NCBI RefSeq assembly: GCF_018977255.1
Contig: NW_024704744.1
Location: forward strand, 97,340,001-97,404,000
Length of the DNA stretch: 64,000 bases
From: Callorhinchus milii
Lineage: Eukaryota
Direction of reading: 5' to 3'
Below are positions 13,700-28,805 of this stretch, piece after piece. The notes under the pieces were generated by a model, which was not told the DNA's origin, ran no database searches, and was given only the letters and a program-made list of their open reading frames with translations. A program made the position numbers and the translations under genes. The first letter of the stretch is position 1. The number at the start of each line of letters is the position of its first letter.

Positions 13700-13985
13700 A
13701 GAACTCTGAGAAGAAAAGTGATTTGTGGACGTAATTTATTTCAGGACAAGTATTTGAGGGCGGGCAAAGTTGGGAGCCCAGGACATAACTTTACAATCAG
13801 AACGTGGCCTCCCGTGAAGGGAAATCTTGGGGCTGCCTCAGAAGGTTGATGGAGGCATTCAAGAGAAAGCAATATTGAGCATTATAGAGAAAGTACAGGC
13901 AGGGGAATGGAACTGAAGAGAATTGCCATAGACTTAATGAAGAAGCAGGCTCTCAATGGGCCAAATGTTCCTATATTCCTATACA
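13700..13985 (+). mobile_element. CR1 LINE 3' remnant
   Basis: GHNFTIR-like coding remnant; gggccaaatg...cctatattcctata terminus. Confidence 0.55.
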
Positions 13986-15348
13986 ACAGCAACATGCAAA
14001 TATTCCAGGATGGGAAATTGATGAAAGGAACCATAAAATTGACTATCAAAACATAACCAATGGTGAAATAAAGGCTTGAGATATGAGGTGGGCTGGTGCT
14101 CTAGCAGATTCTAAGCTTTTCCAATAAGACTCTTATTATAGTTTGGAAGACTAGCTTGAAGCCACGTTTAATGAATAAAAGTTTCAGAGGATCAAAAAGA
14201 ATGCTATGAAACAGACTGGAAAATTATGCAAGAACACAATGTAAGGAAGTGCCGAGAGGGAATTGCATTTGGGGGTGAGCAATTTTTACGATGTTAAGAG
14301 GAAAATAAGATGCATAATTAAAAAGTAGTAATAATAATAATCCTTGCATTTGATATAATAATAATAATAATCCTTGAATCTGATATAGCGCTTTTCACGT
14401 CGGGAGGACGTCCCAAAGCGCTTCACAGAATAGACTGTAAAGTGAATTGACTGTATATTTGTGGGCAAAATTAAAATAATTCTGAAAGAATGCGTCTTCT
14501 GAAAAAAAATCACTAAATATTCATGATCTTTGAAAAAGCGACCTGACTGAGTTTATGCGGCTAGCATCCTTTGCTCAGCAGATGTGTGTTTGCATAAAAT
14601 TGAAAGACTTCAGAAAGACTTTTTCTTAGCGTTTTGTCTACAGCCTTTCTGTTGGCATTATCAATGGGCTGATTACCAAAAAACACCAAATTTGTAATAG
14701 TCGCATATGCAAAAAAAAAATCCAATTATTTGTTGAATTAAATTTATTAGGAACTTCTTGAGGTAAGTGCTTTAGCGCTGATGTAAACTGATGTCGAATT
14801 CCCTCATACCATACACAAAATCTAAGTCATAAAATGGTTTCTCCAAGTTGCTAAAAAAAAGTATCCCATTGGGCTACTGCAGGTATATAAATGTGGTATA
14901 AATAAATCTTCTGAGCCCATGTTGGTTATGATATCAGACCCAGGAGTGCATTCTCATACAGAGTAGTGGAATTCCAAACTGCTTAATAAATCTCCAGGTT
15001 CTGAGAGTCAAAGGCAGTCAAAGCTGCCAAAAAAGCCAAACCTTTGGATCAGCAACACGTAAGAAACAAAATGAAATAAATATTTAGAAGAAAATATTCG
15101 TTAAAAAAAATTGCACAGAAGGCTCTTCTTGACAGCAATTGCTTTGCCAGAGACAATTTTTAAATCATATCTAATGGATTCGCTGCTTAAATTGCAGTTC
15201 CAGGCTTAGCAGCTCATGCATAGAATGACTGGAATGAAACTAGACCCTAGAAGACAAGTGTGGAGATTGGGGAACCATCTGCTCCATATCAGTGACCCAG
15301 ATTGACATTGAGAGAACTAATCCTCCTGTGAGGTTCATGTTCAGTCCA

Positions 15349-15655
15349 GTGGATTCCTGTAGCTCAGTGGTTAGAGCACACGCCTCGCAAGCGAGAGACC
15401 TGGCTTTGATTTCCGGGCAGGTTGAAATGTTGGGCAAGTTTCCTTACTCCACACGCCTCTGTTTACCCAGCAGTAAGTAGGAACCCGGTTGTTAGTTGAT
15501 GGGCGCATTGCTTTTCCGGGGATAATAATTCCTTAAAAATAAAATCGGTCACTTCAATCCACGACTGTTTGTGGGACGCTACTCTGCACGGTTGGCTGCC
15601 GCGTTTCGCCCACAAAATATACAGTCAAGATGTGATAAGGCGCTATATCAAGTAT
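15349..15655 (+). mobile_element. CORE SINE
   Basis: gtggattcctgtagctcagtggttagagc head; tail partly deleted. Confidence 0.85.
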
Positions 15656-17351
15656 GGGGTCGATCAACAAATGTCTGTAAATAAACATATGGGTGTTCAC
15701 TCTGGGCAAGGCTGAGTCTGTGAAATTCGAAGGCAGACTGGCAACTGCGGAACCTAAAATTAAATGGGTCATTGGGAGAGCCTGCTCAAGATCCCTGGGC
15801 AAAGGAGAGGAATCAATCACCTGAATTCCTTCTCCTTCACCGTGACTTCACCACTCTGGAAGCGTAGGCACGAATGTTGGGAGAGACTTTGAAAGCCCTC
15901 AATTCTGATACCCCAGTAAATTGCGCTGCCGATTAGCACTTGTGGTTTAGATTCACATGTGAAGAATATTCACTTTGAGTAAGGTATTGGAAGCAGAGCA
16001 TGCGTATCTGACTTCAGCATAGGATGGATGGTGAGGTGGGGGGTACATGTACAGCCTCTGACGTGCAAACGTGCAAAATCTACGTGCGCACGTGCAAAGC
16101 AAATTATTACATCTTTGGACGACATCATTTGACACCACACTTGAGCTCACGTTAGCAGAGCTCATGTTGATCTTGATTGTGAATTTCTACGCTGCTCTGT
16201 ACCAGATTATGCCACAGACAATGTCCAATGATAAACCTGGTCCTGTTTAATTGAAACGTACCCTGAACTTCCTTTATATGGCACTGGTCAAATACAGTCT
16301 GATGCTATTAACCGGATTTGAGAAGTTTTACCCAGTTGTTCAGGAACCAACAAATTGCATTACCTTTCACATCGGGAGGACATCCCAAGGCACTGGTAAA
16401 CAAAACATGAAGCTAAATAATCATAATGATAATAATAATACTTGCATTGTATATAGCGACTTATCACTTAAGTGAGACGTCTCAAAGTGCTTCACAGAAT
16501 ATATTGCGAAGTGGATTGACTGTGTATTTTGTGGGTGAATGCTTTACATTTTTAAATGTTTTAAAATGGTTGTCTTGGAGTAATATTTCATGCCGCTTCC
16601 ACCCAATGCTTTTAATCTTTGTTAACATGAACAAACAGTCCTTGTATCAGTCGAGGACCGAGGAAGTTAAGATATCTACAAAGCTATGGCTCCATCTGCT
16701 GGAGCAAAAGCTACAATTCAAATACAATATACAGAACTAAATATACAGACTTGCACAATATTACAGAACCAAAATGCCGTTTTTTTTTCTCTCTGTATCT
16801 TTAAATTCTGGGCCAAGAGAAAAAACCAGTTGAGCCTTTGAAATCATCCTGATTATATGCCAGTAAGAGTTTGGGTCAGAGCCATTGTCAAAGATGCCAG
16901 ACAGCTCAGGTCAACCACATCATATAGGACGTCTGGGTTCAAATCCTGGGTTGCTCGCTCAGCTCTTCACCCTTTTGAGGTTGATGAAATGAGGCTCTTG
17001 AAAAAAATATGTTCTTTCCGTGGGATTGAGGTGGAAATGGTGGAACTAAGTGGGTTTCTGTAGCTGAATCAACTGGCAAGACCTAACAACTGAAATTTCT
17101 CCTACTTATCTCAGCGTATAAGATGGTACCGACTTGTGACTTGTGAATTTGGTCTTCATTTGGAAGTTGTTTCCTATTTAAGAACTGCAGAAAATCAGCT
17201 CTTAAATCGAGAATGTTCGGGGAATTCTGTGTGATCTTACATTTTGGAAGCAAATTGTCTTGCAAATTGTGAGATATTTAGATATCTGGCCTCAGCTCCA
17301 ACTCCCTTGACTGAATCCAGGCATTCATTCATTCTTGTTTTTGCAGATTAC

Positions 17352-17557
17352 TAGTGAAAAATTCCACTTGGGTTTAGATTTACTCTATTAACATAGAGAA
17401 TCCGGAATTTGGTAAATTGTTGAATTAAGTCTTAATTTTAAAGTACATTTTCCACAGTTGTTAAAAAAAATCACAGAAAACAGGCTTCAAAACTAAGGAT
17501 GTATTTAAAAAATTTACCAAATTCTGGACACGTTGTTAAAAGATGGAATTTCTCCCC
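17352..17557. mobile_element. MITE, same family
   Basis: gaaaaattccacttgggtttagatt ... tggaatttctcccc; internal gaatttggtaaattgttgaatt shared with the 53285 copy. Confidence 0.65.
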
Positions 17558-20500
17558 ATATGGCTCTACGTTTGGGGTGAGTGCTCAGTTTTTACCTTCA
17601 TTGTTTGTCCTCACTCCTGAATTAACTCTCTGATGGACACAGTTGGATAAAATACTTCATACAGTACTGGAGAGAATGGATTATCCCCATCTCCCACAGG
17701 CTCAACAGACCATTGGAGAGGAGAGACAGGGCCACAATGGAACAACGCTAACTCAGAGCCAAGCCAGAACAAGCGAGAAAGTGTATTTTTTTTTACATTG
17801 TATCTCCTTTCACTAAAAAAAAGCAATTTCCTGAATTCTATTGAAATAAGGCAATCGAGACTTCTATAATGGAAACGCCATTCTGTGAAGCTTTGAGATG
17901 ATTCGATCTGATAAATTGCTAGGGAAGGAATTTTTATTTAATAAATTTAGTGTGCCACCCCTATGTGTGATTCAAACGTTTACATAGGCATTCCTTGTAA
18001 TTTAAAGAGAGATTTTTTTTTCGGTTGGAACAACCCACCCCATGAAATCGTTCACTATGTGTCGTTCACTTCGTGAAATTGTCAGGAACGTGTGGGAAAC
18101 AGTCAGCTTATAGAGACTAATGGCTGGCGTTGATGAGCGGTCTGCCTGGGAGGTAATGGATGAGGTTAAGGAGCTATAGTTACTTATATGTGTAAGCTGC
18201 ATAATGACAGGAGAATCAAGGTAACTCAAATCAAAGGGTGGAAAAGAAACCTAGAAAAAAAAATGTGAAAGGAAAATGGAGAGCCAAAGTGTGAGAAAAA
18301 AAGCCTCATACGAAAAAGAAAGGACTCGAGATTGTGTGGGTGTGTGTGTGTGCGCGCGCGCGTGTGAGTTGCAGGTTTCATCTCATCTATTTCACTTGTT
18401 CTATCTCACAGTTTGGATGCGAGGGACAAGCAAACAAGGCAGGATGGACAGAGTTTTCTTTTCCTGGAAAAGTCAATAACACGTAAGGTCACATTCTTTA
18501 ACCAAACCATCAAATGAAGGCACAGAGCAGAACAAGACTCAGGAATTAACTTAGAAGCGTGGGATTGAAAACAGGTCAGGTCAGGCCAAGTCTGTGGATA
18601 TAGGAGTGAAACTGACACTGTGTATTTGAGAGATAACGAGTAGCAGAATCAAAAGCCTCCAACAATATATCTCTTCGACCAGACATTTGTGCATTATAAA
18701 GGGATAATGGAGTAGGGTAGGTGCAGGGTTAGAGTTTTGATTGGTATCTTGGAAAACCATCAGAGTCGAACACTCACACACCACAAACGTCCCCGGGTTT
18801 CACGTTTTGGTGCTTAACAAAATCCGGCGCCATCGGAACGGAATTTCAACCCATCAAACTTTTTCTCTGGGCACTTCAGGGCACGCAGATTCTGGGCAGT
18901 CCTGAGGTTCAGTCTTCATTCCGAAGCCGATTTTCTGTAGGTTCTGTCAAACCGGGTTTTTGAGACCGATTTGGAGTGTTCTCAAAAACGTGCACCGTCT
19001 AAAATGCAAAAGAGAAAAAAAAAAGTCTCAATCTAGTTTGTGAGTGTTCGTCTCCGATTGTTCCAATATACTGATTATCTATCCCCTGTACATCACCCAG
19101 ATAAAGCCATCTGGGAAAGAGCCTACATTATTTTCTCCAATGGTTGTCCCATTAGTTTTTTTTTGTTCGACTGGGCCCTGTGTTCCTGCTTTTCAAACAG
19201 AGTCGTTTTCACACAAACGTGAAATCAAGGTAATTATGCCCGGAAATAAAGGTCTAAAGATATGAGCTCCTGTTTCAGCTATCCTTCAATGGCACTGGTT
19301 AATTGTAATGGCAAGGAAACAACACCGTCCATGTCACAAAAACAATAGGTGGGGAAAAAGGACGAAAGCTGGGAACTCGCAATTAAAAATGGAGATTAAC
19401 ATATCAAACGTAAAAAGGTCTATTGAAAAGAACTGGGGCGGAGAGGTAGGTTATCAGTAGCAAATGTCAGTGTTATCTATAAATTGTGATCTCTATTTAA
19501 CTTTTATTGCAGTCATCCATGTACCTTCCTTGTGAATGAATCTGATATCAAGTGTCAACAATTCTGATCAGAAGCGATCATTTTGTTCGTTAACCGCAAA
19601 GCACTGAGGCATCTGAGCGATTTGCATAATTTATACAGAAAGTTCTTAGTCATTGCCACTATGAATTATTAATACAACAAATATATGTATTTTTCATATA
19701 TTATGGATTTTTCATGTATTCTGGAGCCTTTTTGCAGTCAATAGCTTGGAATAGGCAAAAAAAACTGCTCTAACCAAAACCTGAATATGGTATATTAATG
19801 GAGTCAAAAATGTGGTGGTTTATAATAATAATAATAATAATATTAATAAAGAACAGGTAGATGGGGATTTGGTGGTGGATGGCTTTGCAGGATAAACTGG
19901 CAAGTGTAGTTACTGTGCATTTTGTAGACAAACTGATCAGATTGATGATTGTGCACATCGATGACAGTTACATCCCACAAAATATACAGTCAATTCACTT
20001 TACAGTATATTCCGTGAAGCTCTTGGAGGCGTCTGGGAGACGTGATGAGACGCTGTATCAAATGCAAGTGTTATTATTATTGCAGACATATTTGATAACA
20101 GATTTTTGAAGGTTTGACAAAATCAAAACTACACAAACTTGACTACGGCCACCGCAAGGAACATCAGGCAACTGGCAAGAACATTGTTTTTAAGATTATT
20201 TTATTTCACGGTGCGATGGCTGTCTGACAGAGAACTTGCTTTGTGGAGATTGTATTCCTGTTGCCTCTTACAACTGGGTTAGTAGAATGGGACCGTCAGT
20301 CAGTCGGTGCAACAGATATATTGCAGCTCGGGTCCGAAACACTGATTCTCCAATCGCCTTGGGACCTCCTCCCGAGGTGAAAGGCGCTAGCTATACAAAT
20401 GTAATCTTGTTGTTGTTGTTGTTGTTGCAACGTGGCCTATTGATAATCAAAAATGACCGGGGATTAAAAAAGGTGATTTGTCGTTGATGGTTTACGCACC

Positions 20501-22429
20501 GCCTGGTAAAATGTTCAATTTGGAAGGGAATTGTCTGCCTACAAATGGGAATTGCATTGATCAGACTTGTGGGCAAACAGTGACATTTGTCTTGAGGCTA
20601 ATGTAAAGGAATCAGGAGGTGGGAAACACGGCGTACAACAAGGATTTCTATACATCAGGGTTGTGTGTCAATGCGTTTGACAGTGTATGACATGCTGGTT
20701 AACCTGTCATAGATCATTATAAAGATTCAACACAAGCTACAGAGTAGTTATTTACTCGCACACCAGGCGAATGTTAAGGGATTTTGTTTTGTGTCAGAAA
20801 GGTTGTTTAGTTTTGATTGAGTTCACACGCCTGCAGAGGCGAACCCCAGTGGAACAACAACAACAATAAGTGGATAGCTGCAGGAGCCGGCAGAGGCTGG
20901 AGCTCGTGGCCCAGTACAGCATAGTTTTTGTTCTTCTGTTGACTTCCAAGCAGGTCGCTGGAAGGGATTTGCTCAGAATATTTTGCATTTCGTTTCTACT
21001 CCAGCTGTTCGGAAATATTTCTTTGTGATCTTTCCAACGTGAGATGTGAAGGAACGCCTTGAACATGTTCAAAAATCCGTGGCGAGGCTGCAAGACTCAG
21101 ACACGTGTACGGTCTCGGGAATGGACTCGAAAGAGCAGGAAACGGAAGAACTCAGAGATTGTAGTAATATTGAGTCTTTTTAAAATCATATATATATGTG
21201 TGTGTGAAGGATAAAAATATATAACGCATATAAATTCACATGTTTCTCTTATACTGCTTCATAATATTAAGCATTGGAAACTTTCACCAACATAATTCTT
21301 TAATGATGGGTATAGATGCATATATTTTGAATGCAGTGCCCAGAGGATTAAACCCAACAGGGGAGAAATGACAGCAGAGAAAAGCAGTTGACTGCATTCA
21401 GAGATGGAAACTACAGAGAAGGGACCAGCAACAAACAAACAGATTATAAAAGCTTTGGTTTCTGCAGCAGCCTGAAAGAGTACGCGGATAAAACCAGTTG
21501 TCTTGAATGTGCAATATTAATAATCCTCCACTGTTCGGAATGTATCCTTGGGTGGATTTGAACAACGATGCCTTTGGGTAAAATTATTATCGAAAATCCA
21601 TAGACAATTGGACAATTGGACTACTGGGAAAAAAAAAACTCGTTTCCCAAAGAATGTTGTCAATCTAAAGATCAAGGCCCTTCCGAAGTGAAAGGAGTCA
21701 CATAAATGTCATTTAATTGTCGCTGTTGTCGGGAGCCACTTGCACAGATTATAACTGGTGATGATCAAGCAATAGTCTTGGAATGGATATCAGGCTGATT
21801 AAGGGACTATATTTCTGCCGCCACAAGGTGTTAAAGGAAAACAAAGGAGAAAAATAAAGTAAAACTATCAGTGTTTGTCAGAAGAAACAAACTGCTGCAA
21901 TATTTATTTTTAAAATGTTACGGGTGAAGTCTCACTGGGCTTGTGTTATACTGCACTGTCTGTCCAGGCACTCAGCTGCTCACTTGATTCAAAGCCGCAG
22001 TTCGGCTGAAGTCAATGATTGTAAATTTCATTAGTTTCTCGGATCTCGTTTGAGTCATTTGTGGGGTTAAGCACCACGTCAGGATTTGTGTAGTCGAAGC
22101 CGGTAGTGGCTTAACCTGGGGCTTAAGTGTCCTCACCCACCCCCCCGCCCCAGCTCCCACCCCAGGTCCCACCCCAGCCCCCGAGCATTCGCACAAATGT
22201 AGGTAAATCTGTGTCCATCCAGTAACAACAACAACAAACAACATTTGTATAGCGCCTTTCATGTCAGGAGGACGTCCCAAGGCGCTGGACGGTCAGGGAT
22301 CCACAGTGAGTTTTCCAGTTGCTCTTTCCTGATTGAATTTTTTTCTTAGGGCATAAATCTAGAAATAAGTCAATCGAGAATTTTTTTTTATGATTTTTAT
22401 TTTTTTTGCCCGACCATATAGATTGGCTC

Positions 22430-22720
22430 CTACTGGTCTAAGCTGACACTACATTGCATCGCTGGAGGTGAGGTGCCGTTCTTTGGATGAGACATTGAAC
22501 CGCGGCAAACATCCCAAATCCCCATGGCGCTATTCAGCAAGAGAAGGAAGTTTCTCCCCGTGTCCTGGCCACCAAAACCCCACCCATCGATCATTCAAAT
22601 TGATGTCTATTGGTGGGACATTGCTGTGTACAAATTGGCTATCGCGTTCGCTCACCCACGTAGGAACATTAGTCACTGCACTTTGCAATATATCCCGTGA
22701 AGCACTTTGCGATGTCCTTT
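22430..22720 (+). mobile_element. Deu-domain SINE
   Basis: ggatgagacattgaaccg...atcccatggcgctatt...tctccccgtgtcctggcca. Confidence 0.72.
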
Positions 22721-23719
22721 CAAATGGTACCCATTTAAGCAATGACTTTCAATATACTTTGTATTCAGAGTTTGTCTCAATAGCCCATGTTGGTATTTCA
22801 TTGGTAAGATGCAAGGGAGCTTGATCTAATTAGCGCCAGTGTAGCACAACACTAATAGAAAATTGTAATAGTTTAACTTATCTCAAAGTTTTGTTTCTCA
22901 GTCTGAACATATTATTGGATTTTTTTTTAAAAAAAGCACTTCAAATTAAATTACATTTTCCATTTTCCAAACTACGTATAATGATGCAATCTACATTTTG
23001 TACCAGAAAAACAGATCGAGTTCTATTTTCCAGTTCTTTATTATACAGCAGCAGTGATATATTCCGGTACTAAAAGAATGTGACTGATAATTGTGTCTAG
23101 TTAAGAGATTAATTTGAACTGATTAATCCTGAGCTGTTCTGTGAACACACTATGTATTTTTCCCACTGCAAAAGGACAGAGTGACCCAACATTAACACCA
23201 TTTATTTTTCCTGCTGGATAATAATTTCATGCATAATTTAGCTTGTAATTCTAAACAATTATAGGTGTTAATCATTCTTGGCATTACAAAATGCTACTCG
23301 GAATATTAATGAAGGTTTACAGCTTTTTAAAGCTGTTTAAAACATTAAATAGAATAGGTTACCATATATTTTCCCTTAAAACTGCTCTGACCTTTAAATG
23401 TAACATTTAAATTTTGAAAATAAGATAATGAGGTTTTTTTTTAAAAACACCTCTTTAATAATCATTTCCAAACCTAAGTCTGTCAGCCATTGTAACGTCT
23501 AACTTAGACCCTCAGTGAGGCTAAACTAGGCGAGAAGGTGATGGCCAGAGATATTGCTTCAAAGGACAGATGCAACGAACGAGAACAACTCTTCAAAGCC
23601 ACCACAAAAGTCCTTGTTCTTTATTGGACTTGGAAAAAGTGGCGATTGGCGATCAATTCAAAATGTATTCTTTACAGACTGCCTCCAGAGACCAGGGACA
23701 GGGGAATCCTGACGCTATC

Positions 23720-24085
23720 CGGCAAGCGAGAGGACCTGGGTTCGATTCCCGGGCAGGGCGAAACGTTGGGCAAGTTTCCTTACTCCACACACACACACAT
23801 ACCTCTGCTTACCCGGCAGTACGTAAGAATCTGGTTGTTAGGTGATTGGTGGATCGCTTTTCCGGGGGTAACAATCACTTCGAAATCTATTTTAAAAATA
23901 ATAATAATTTGGTCACTCGATCCTTGACTGTTTGTGGGACTCTGGACATACAGCGTCTCATCACATCTTCGAGAAGTCTAAAAGAGCTTCACAGAATATA
24001 CTGTAAAGTCGTCACGGCAGCCAATTGCACACAGCAGTGCCCCACAAACAGTCGCGGATTGAGTCACCAAATTATTATTATTACT
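23720..24085. mobile_element. CORE SINE 5' part (+) joined to an inverted SINE 3' part (-)
   Basis: Orientation switches near 23945. Confidence 0.75.
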
Positions 24086-24561
24086 TTTATATGAAGAGAT
24101 TGTTACCCACGGAAAAGCTAACTACTGTAATCCCAATTCCTTGCACCCTCTTTCATATAGTTTGTCTTCCAGTACTTTCCAGTTTCTTTTTCTGTGAACT
24201 TGTTACCTTCCCTGGTCTCTGGGGAGAGTCTGTAAAGAGCAGTGAAAACAATTTGAATAATATACTGTGAAAACCTGCATCGCTTAGGCATTGAGCTCTG
24301 CGCAAATCCATTACAACCTCTGTCAGGAACGTGGAAAATATCCCCTGACACAGCTAAAAGTTTCAGCGCTGCAGGAAAAATAAAGAGGTTGACTGAATCA
24401 GTGTCCATATCTGGAGCCACCACCTCCCTGATCCTATCGGAAACCTGCCTGGGTGGTCTAAACCTTTCACAGGTTGCTTATTCAAAGAGACCGATTAAAT
24501 TCATCCTTAACCTACAACTGTTCCGCATGTGTATGAAACATTTCTGCATTGCTTCCAACTT

Positions 24562-24865
24562 GTGGAGTCCTGTAGCTCAGTGGTTAGAGCACTCGCCTCG
24601 CAAACGAGAGACATGGGTTTGATTCCCGGCAGGGGCAAGTTTCCTCACTCCACACTCCTATTAATAATCCCTCAAGAAAAAAACAATAATAAATGGGTCA
24701 CTTCAATCCACGACTGTTTGTGGGGATGCTGCTGTGCGTAATTGGCTTCCGAGTTTCGCTCACAACTCAACACAGTCAATTCACTTGACAGTATATTCTG
24801 TGAAGCGCTTTGAGATGTCTCGAAGACATGATAAGGTGTTATATCAAATCCAAGTTGTTGTTGTA
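24562..24865 (+). mobile_element. CORE SINE, internally deleted variant
   Basis: Head and tail present; distal CORE segment missing. Confidence 0.85.
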
Positions 24866-26389
24866 TTGCTGCTGTTTCATAGCAGTCATTATGACTGACT
24901 CAGTAAGGTATGAGGGCACCTACCAGCAGACTGTGTGTGTTATTTAGATCTAATGCCATCAAATGTTTATGCATTGTCTTTCACGTTGGGTGATAATCTA
25001 TCTCTGGAATTTCTATGTGCCGGTGGGATGCAGGGAGTTCTCAGCTCGGTTTGGATGCTCTTAAAGCATGGTGATGGGTTTCCACCTGTGTCAGACACAC
25101 GACTGACCAAAAGAAACGTTGGGCTGAAGAGGGTGGGGAGGAGAAAGGTAACAAAAGCAAAGGGAAAGAGGCAGGCTTGTGCATTGACCAAAATTTAACC
25201 CCCAATTATTTCCTGCGCAACGTCATACTATCTTGTTATACACAACCTTGCACATATCCCAACAAATAAGACTTCAAAATATAAGCATAGCTTCGAATGG
25301 ATCCTCTCATTCCACTTTCTTCTGCTTTCTCTCTCTGTTTCCTGTTCCCTTTGTCAGTGTCTATTTGTTCAGCTATTTGGTTGCTTTTGGGTTCCCAGGG
25401 ACATACTGTTTCCACTCTCGAGTTACAGCTAAAATGATGTGGCTGCGGATCTAGAGTTGTTCTGTCAAGCTTGGCTTCTCAGCGACATCAGTTGCGTTAA
25501 GTGAAGAACACTGTCAGGAGACCTTAACCAAACAACTATGAAGAAAGCTCCAGGAGGCTCAAATAATTAGCACTGAGTGCTCGGACCTGATCATTTAGGA
25601 AAATAAAACGGAAGAGGAGCGATAGCACCAATTGAAATGCATGGAGATGCGAGCCATGTCATCCAAACGGAGATTATACCGTTTGTGTTTAATTTTCTAC
25701 GACGGCCGTTCAGAGTAAACCACTAAACATGGAATACTTCACAGTGTTTATGCTAATCCGCTAACAGATCGGAACACTTTCTGTGCGGTTAATGCAGTTA
25801 ATTAAGCCTTGTGCTGTGGGATATTTCCATCCGCTGCCTATATTACATTCCCCTTAACTTGACATACCTGGGGGAGGGAGGGAGGTGTGGTTGGGGGGGG
25901 GGGGAATTTGATGGGAGGAGCGGAATCAGAAAGCACACATATGGTGTAGCTCCTCTGCACCAGTACCGTCTCCCCCCCTCCCCCTAAGGTGTGCTTGTTT
26001 TTCCTAATGAACATAGTAGGAATGATTTGTAGGTGGAAAACTACAACTGAGGGAATTGGCTTCATGTTTTATTCATTTCAGGTAGGGCTCATTAGTCTAG
26101 CATATTAGCTGGAAAATATGCTCATTCACTTGCATGTGCTTTGCAGGCACGACTCGAAATATGTTTGGGGAATTCAATTATGCGTATATTACAAGCACTG
26201 TAAGCAATGGCTTAAAAAAAGGTGCACTCGGCTTCAGCCATATTTGTAATCAGAGTCTAAACTTCCCTAACGGGGATTCTTGCTTCGCTGTGCACTGCAA
26301 ATATTGTGCTACTGTCGGCTACTTCCAAATTTCAGGGCAAATACTCTGCCGTAAAAGATCCGCTGTGTAATGCTTCATTTATATCAGGG

Positions 26390-26545
26390 AACGACGGCAC
26401 TGAAAAGCATTGCTCAGGTGGAAGTATTAACTGGGGAGAGCGCTGGGGAGTGGGATTGAGTTTGGACGGCTCGTTTCAAAGAGTCGGCACAGACATGATG
26501 GAACGAATGGCCCTTCTGTGCTGTATAATTCTCCGGTCCTAAGAT
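26390..26545 (+). mobile_element. CR1 LINE 3' end
   Basis: ggcacagacatgatggaacgaatggcccttctgtgctgtataattct, a CR1 terminal motif. Confidence 0.7.
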
Positions 26546-28639
26546 TAACCTCTTGATTCCCGTTGAATTTTCCCACATATTTCACACGGAACAGCAACTT
26601 GTGTTTATCTAGCGCTCTTCACTTGGTGATAACGTCTCGGAGTGCTGGAAATTCCCGGCCTCTACTGTTTTTTCCACACCACATATGAGTGTGGAATGTT
26701 AGAGATCATTGCAAGAGTGGAACACTTTTTCTCACAATTGGCTTATACCGAAATAGTAGCGGCGGAGACCAGGAAATACGCTGGAATACCAGAGAACGTT
26801 GGACTCCAGGCTTTTTTTCCCAGTTCAAAACAACATCAGAACAAAACTGTCTCAAAGCTCCCCCGCGCAGAGAGTTGGATGACTTCAAGATACCGCGAGA
26901 GTCCTATGAGTGGTGTGTTCACACACGCCCAGCTGTCTGTGGTTCCCTTCGTTCAAATGCGGCTGTCAACAGCGGCAGCAATGGGAGCCGGACGCAACCG
27001 TGAAAAGGCGTTCATGTCACTTCATTGCCAGGATGATTCCTTTTCTTTCTTTGCAACCCTGACAGCAAGAGTGGGTCCGCTTTCTTCCTGCATCATACGA
27101 GCCATATTACGCACCAGATAAATTACACTAAATTATGCAAATGCCAACCCAGACCTCTTGCTGCCAGCAGCTTTTATGACGACTGGAAATTCCACCCATG
27201 GTGAGAACTCCCTGTGAGATTCTGTACTCTGTCTTCACAATTGCATGCAATTGTCCTGCTGGGGCATTTGAAAACATAATAATAATAATAACAATAATCC
27301 TTGCATTTGATACAGCGCTCTTCATGGCTTCCAGCCATCACAGAACACGGCAGTGAGGTTGGCAAGGATGCTGAAATGAAGACCTCAAGGAACACAGAAG
27401 GCAGGTGGTGTAGCCACAAAACTGATTTTAAAAGCTATCTGAGAGAGCAGAGAAGATCTCAAACGCATCAGGTTGTTGTTCTGAAGCAAGAGCATTGCTA
27501 AGGGCTAGAACGGACTGATTAAAAGACGGGACTCATTCACACGGCTAGGTTACACTTGCTGCGTATAAAAGAATCGTATAGTGTTTGATCAAGTGAAAAA
27601 CTACAAGTAAATTACAGAGGGGCACATGTTTCTGATTTGGAGACCTCGACGTCCTGTGAGGCACGTTAATGCTGGTTTTATTCCCGATTGCTGTGCTCAC
27701 AGAAATGCTGCAGAAGAACTTACCAATTGCCAATGTGTAAAAACATTCGATGAGCAATAATTGAAGCGCATTACCTTAACCCGCAGGGAGCCGGGCGATG
27801 TATCTCTATGGATATCTCCATCTTTTGCTGAGGCTAAAATCTACCAAGGTGCAGGACAGGCAGAGGATAAAAGGTAAGATCCTACCCTTGACTTCTGATC
27901 ATTGAAAATCATTAGAGACCATCAAGGCACAGGCATGATGAGGCACAGAGAGAGGCTGCAATCTATTCCAACAGTCTATCTCCGGACTTTCCCTGTGTAG
28001 GTGGGATGCTTGGACTTCTCAGCTTGGTTCGGAAACTCTTAAGCAACGGTGACGGGTTTCCGCGTGCGTCAGACACCCGGCTGACCAACACCAAAAAAAA
28101 AAGGCACCAAAGCAGGAAAATTGGATTCGTATTTTTCAAACGAGAGACATTTGATGTCTTACTGTCCAGTCGCAAACTAAACAGATGCCAAAACAACCCG
28201 AATAAGACAGCGAGCATTGCGGACCGCTTTGTTCTCAACGAATTTGTGTCTTAATTGTGCAATTGTGGGGTAGGGCTAATTAACGAACGAGTTGCCGAAA
28301 GCTGTGGTAATTGCTTTATTTGCGCTCTTGTCAGCAAAAGAGGCGACACTCACAGCGAAAGGGTGTAATTGAATCAGAATCCAGAAATAAATGCTTGAGA
28401 TTAACTGTTTAATAAGGTTAACAGAAGGAATTTTATTAGGTTACTTTAGAGATATTGCCCAGCAACAGTAATTTTTTTGCTTCTCAATGAAGCCGCAGCT
28501 CGACAGAACCTGGTGCTATTTTAGAGCAATCAGAAGCTTGTTGGTTTGTCATTAACAGGGAGCACTCCAACAGGGAGTGTTTAATCGTGGACTGTAAATG
28601 CAAAACAAACAGACATTTTTTTTTAAATCAATAAAACAA

Positions 28640-28805
28640 TTCATGGGAGGTATTTAGGGCCTTGCTCCTCCTTACCCCTCTGACCTCCTGAACCCCTGCC
28701 AACACATCTGCTCCCTCCGCTCAGCGGGCTCCGGCCAGCTTCACGTCCCCACACCTTGCCCGCCCCACCATTGGCGGGCGGGACTTCAGCGTCTCTGCTC
28801 CCTGT
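28640..28805 (+). mobile_element. L2 ORF2 C-terminal fragment
   Basis: SDLL.P....SLRSAGSGQLHVP...TIGGRDFSVSAP motif. Confidence 0.65.

Noticed and set aside
20794-21093. 99-aa minus-strand ORF in unique sequence
   Set aside because: No recognisable domain and no convincing splice boundaries.
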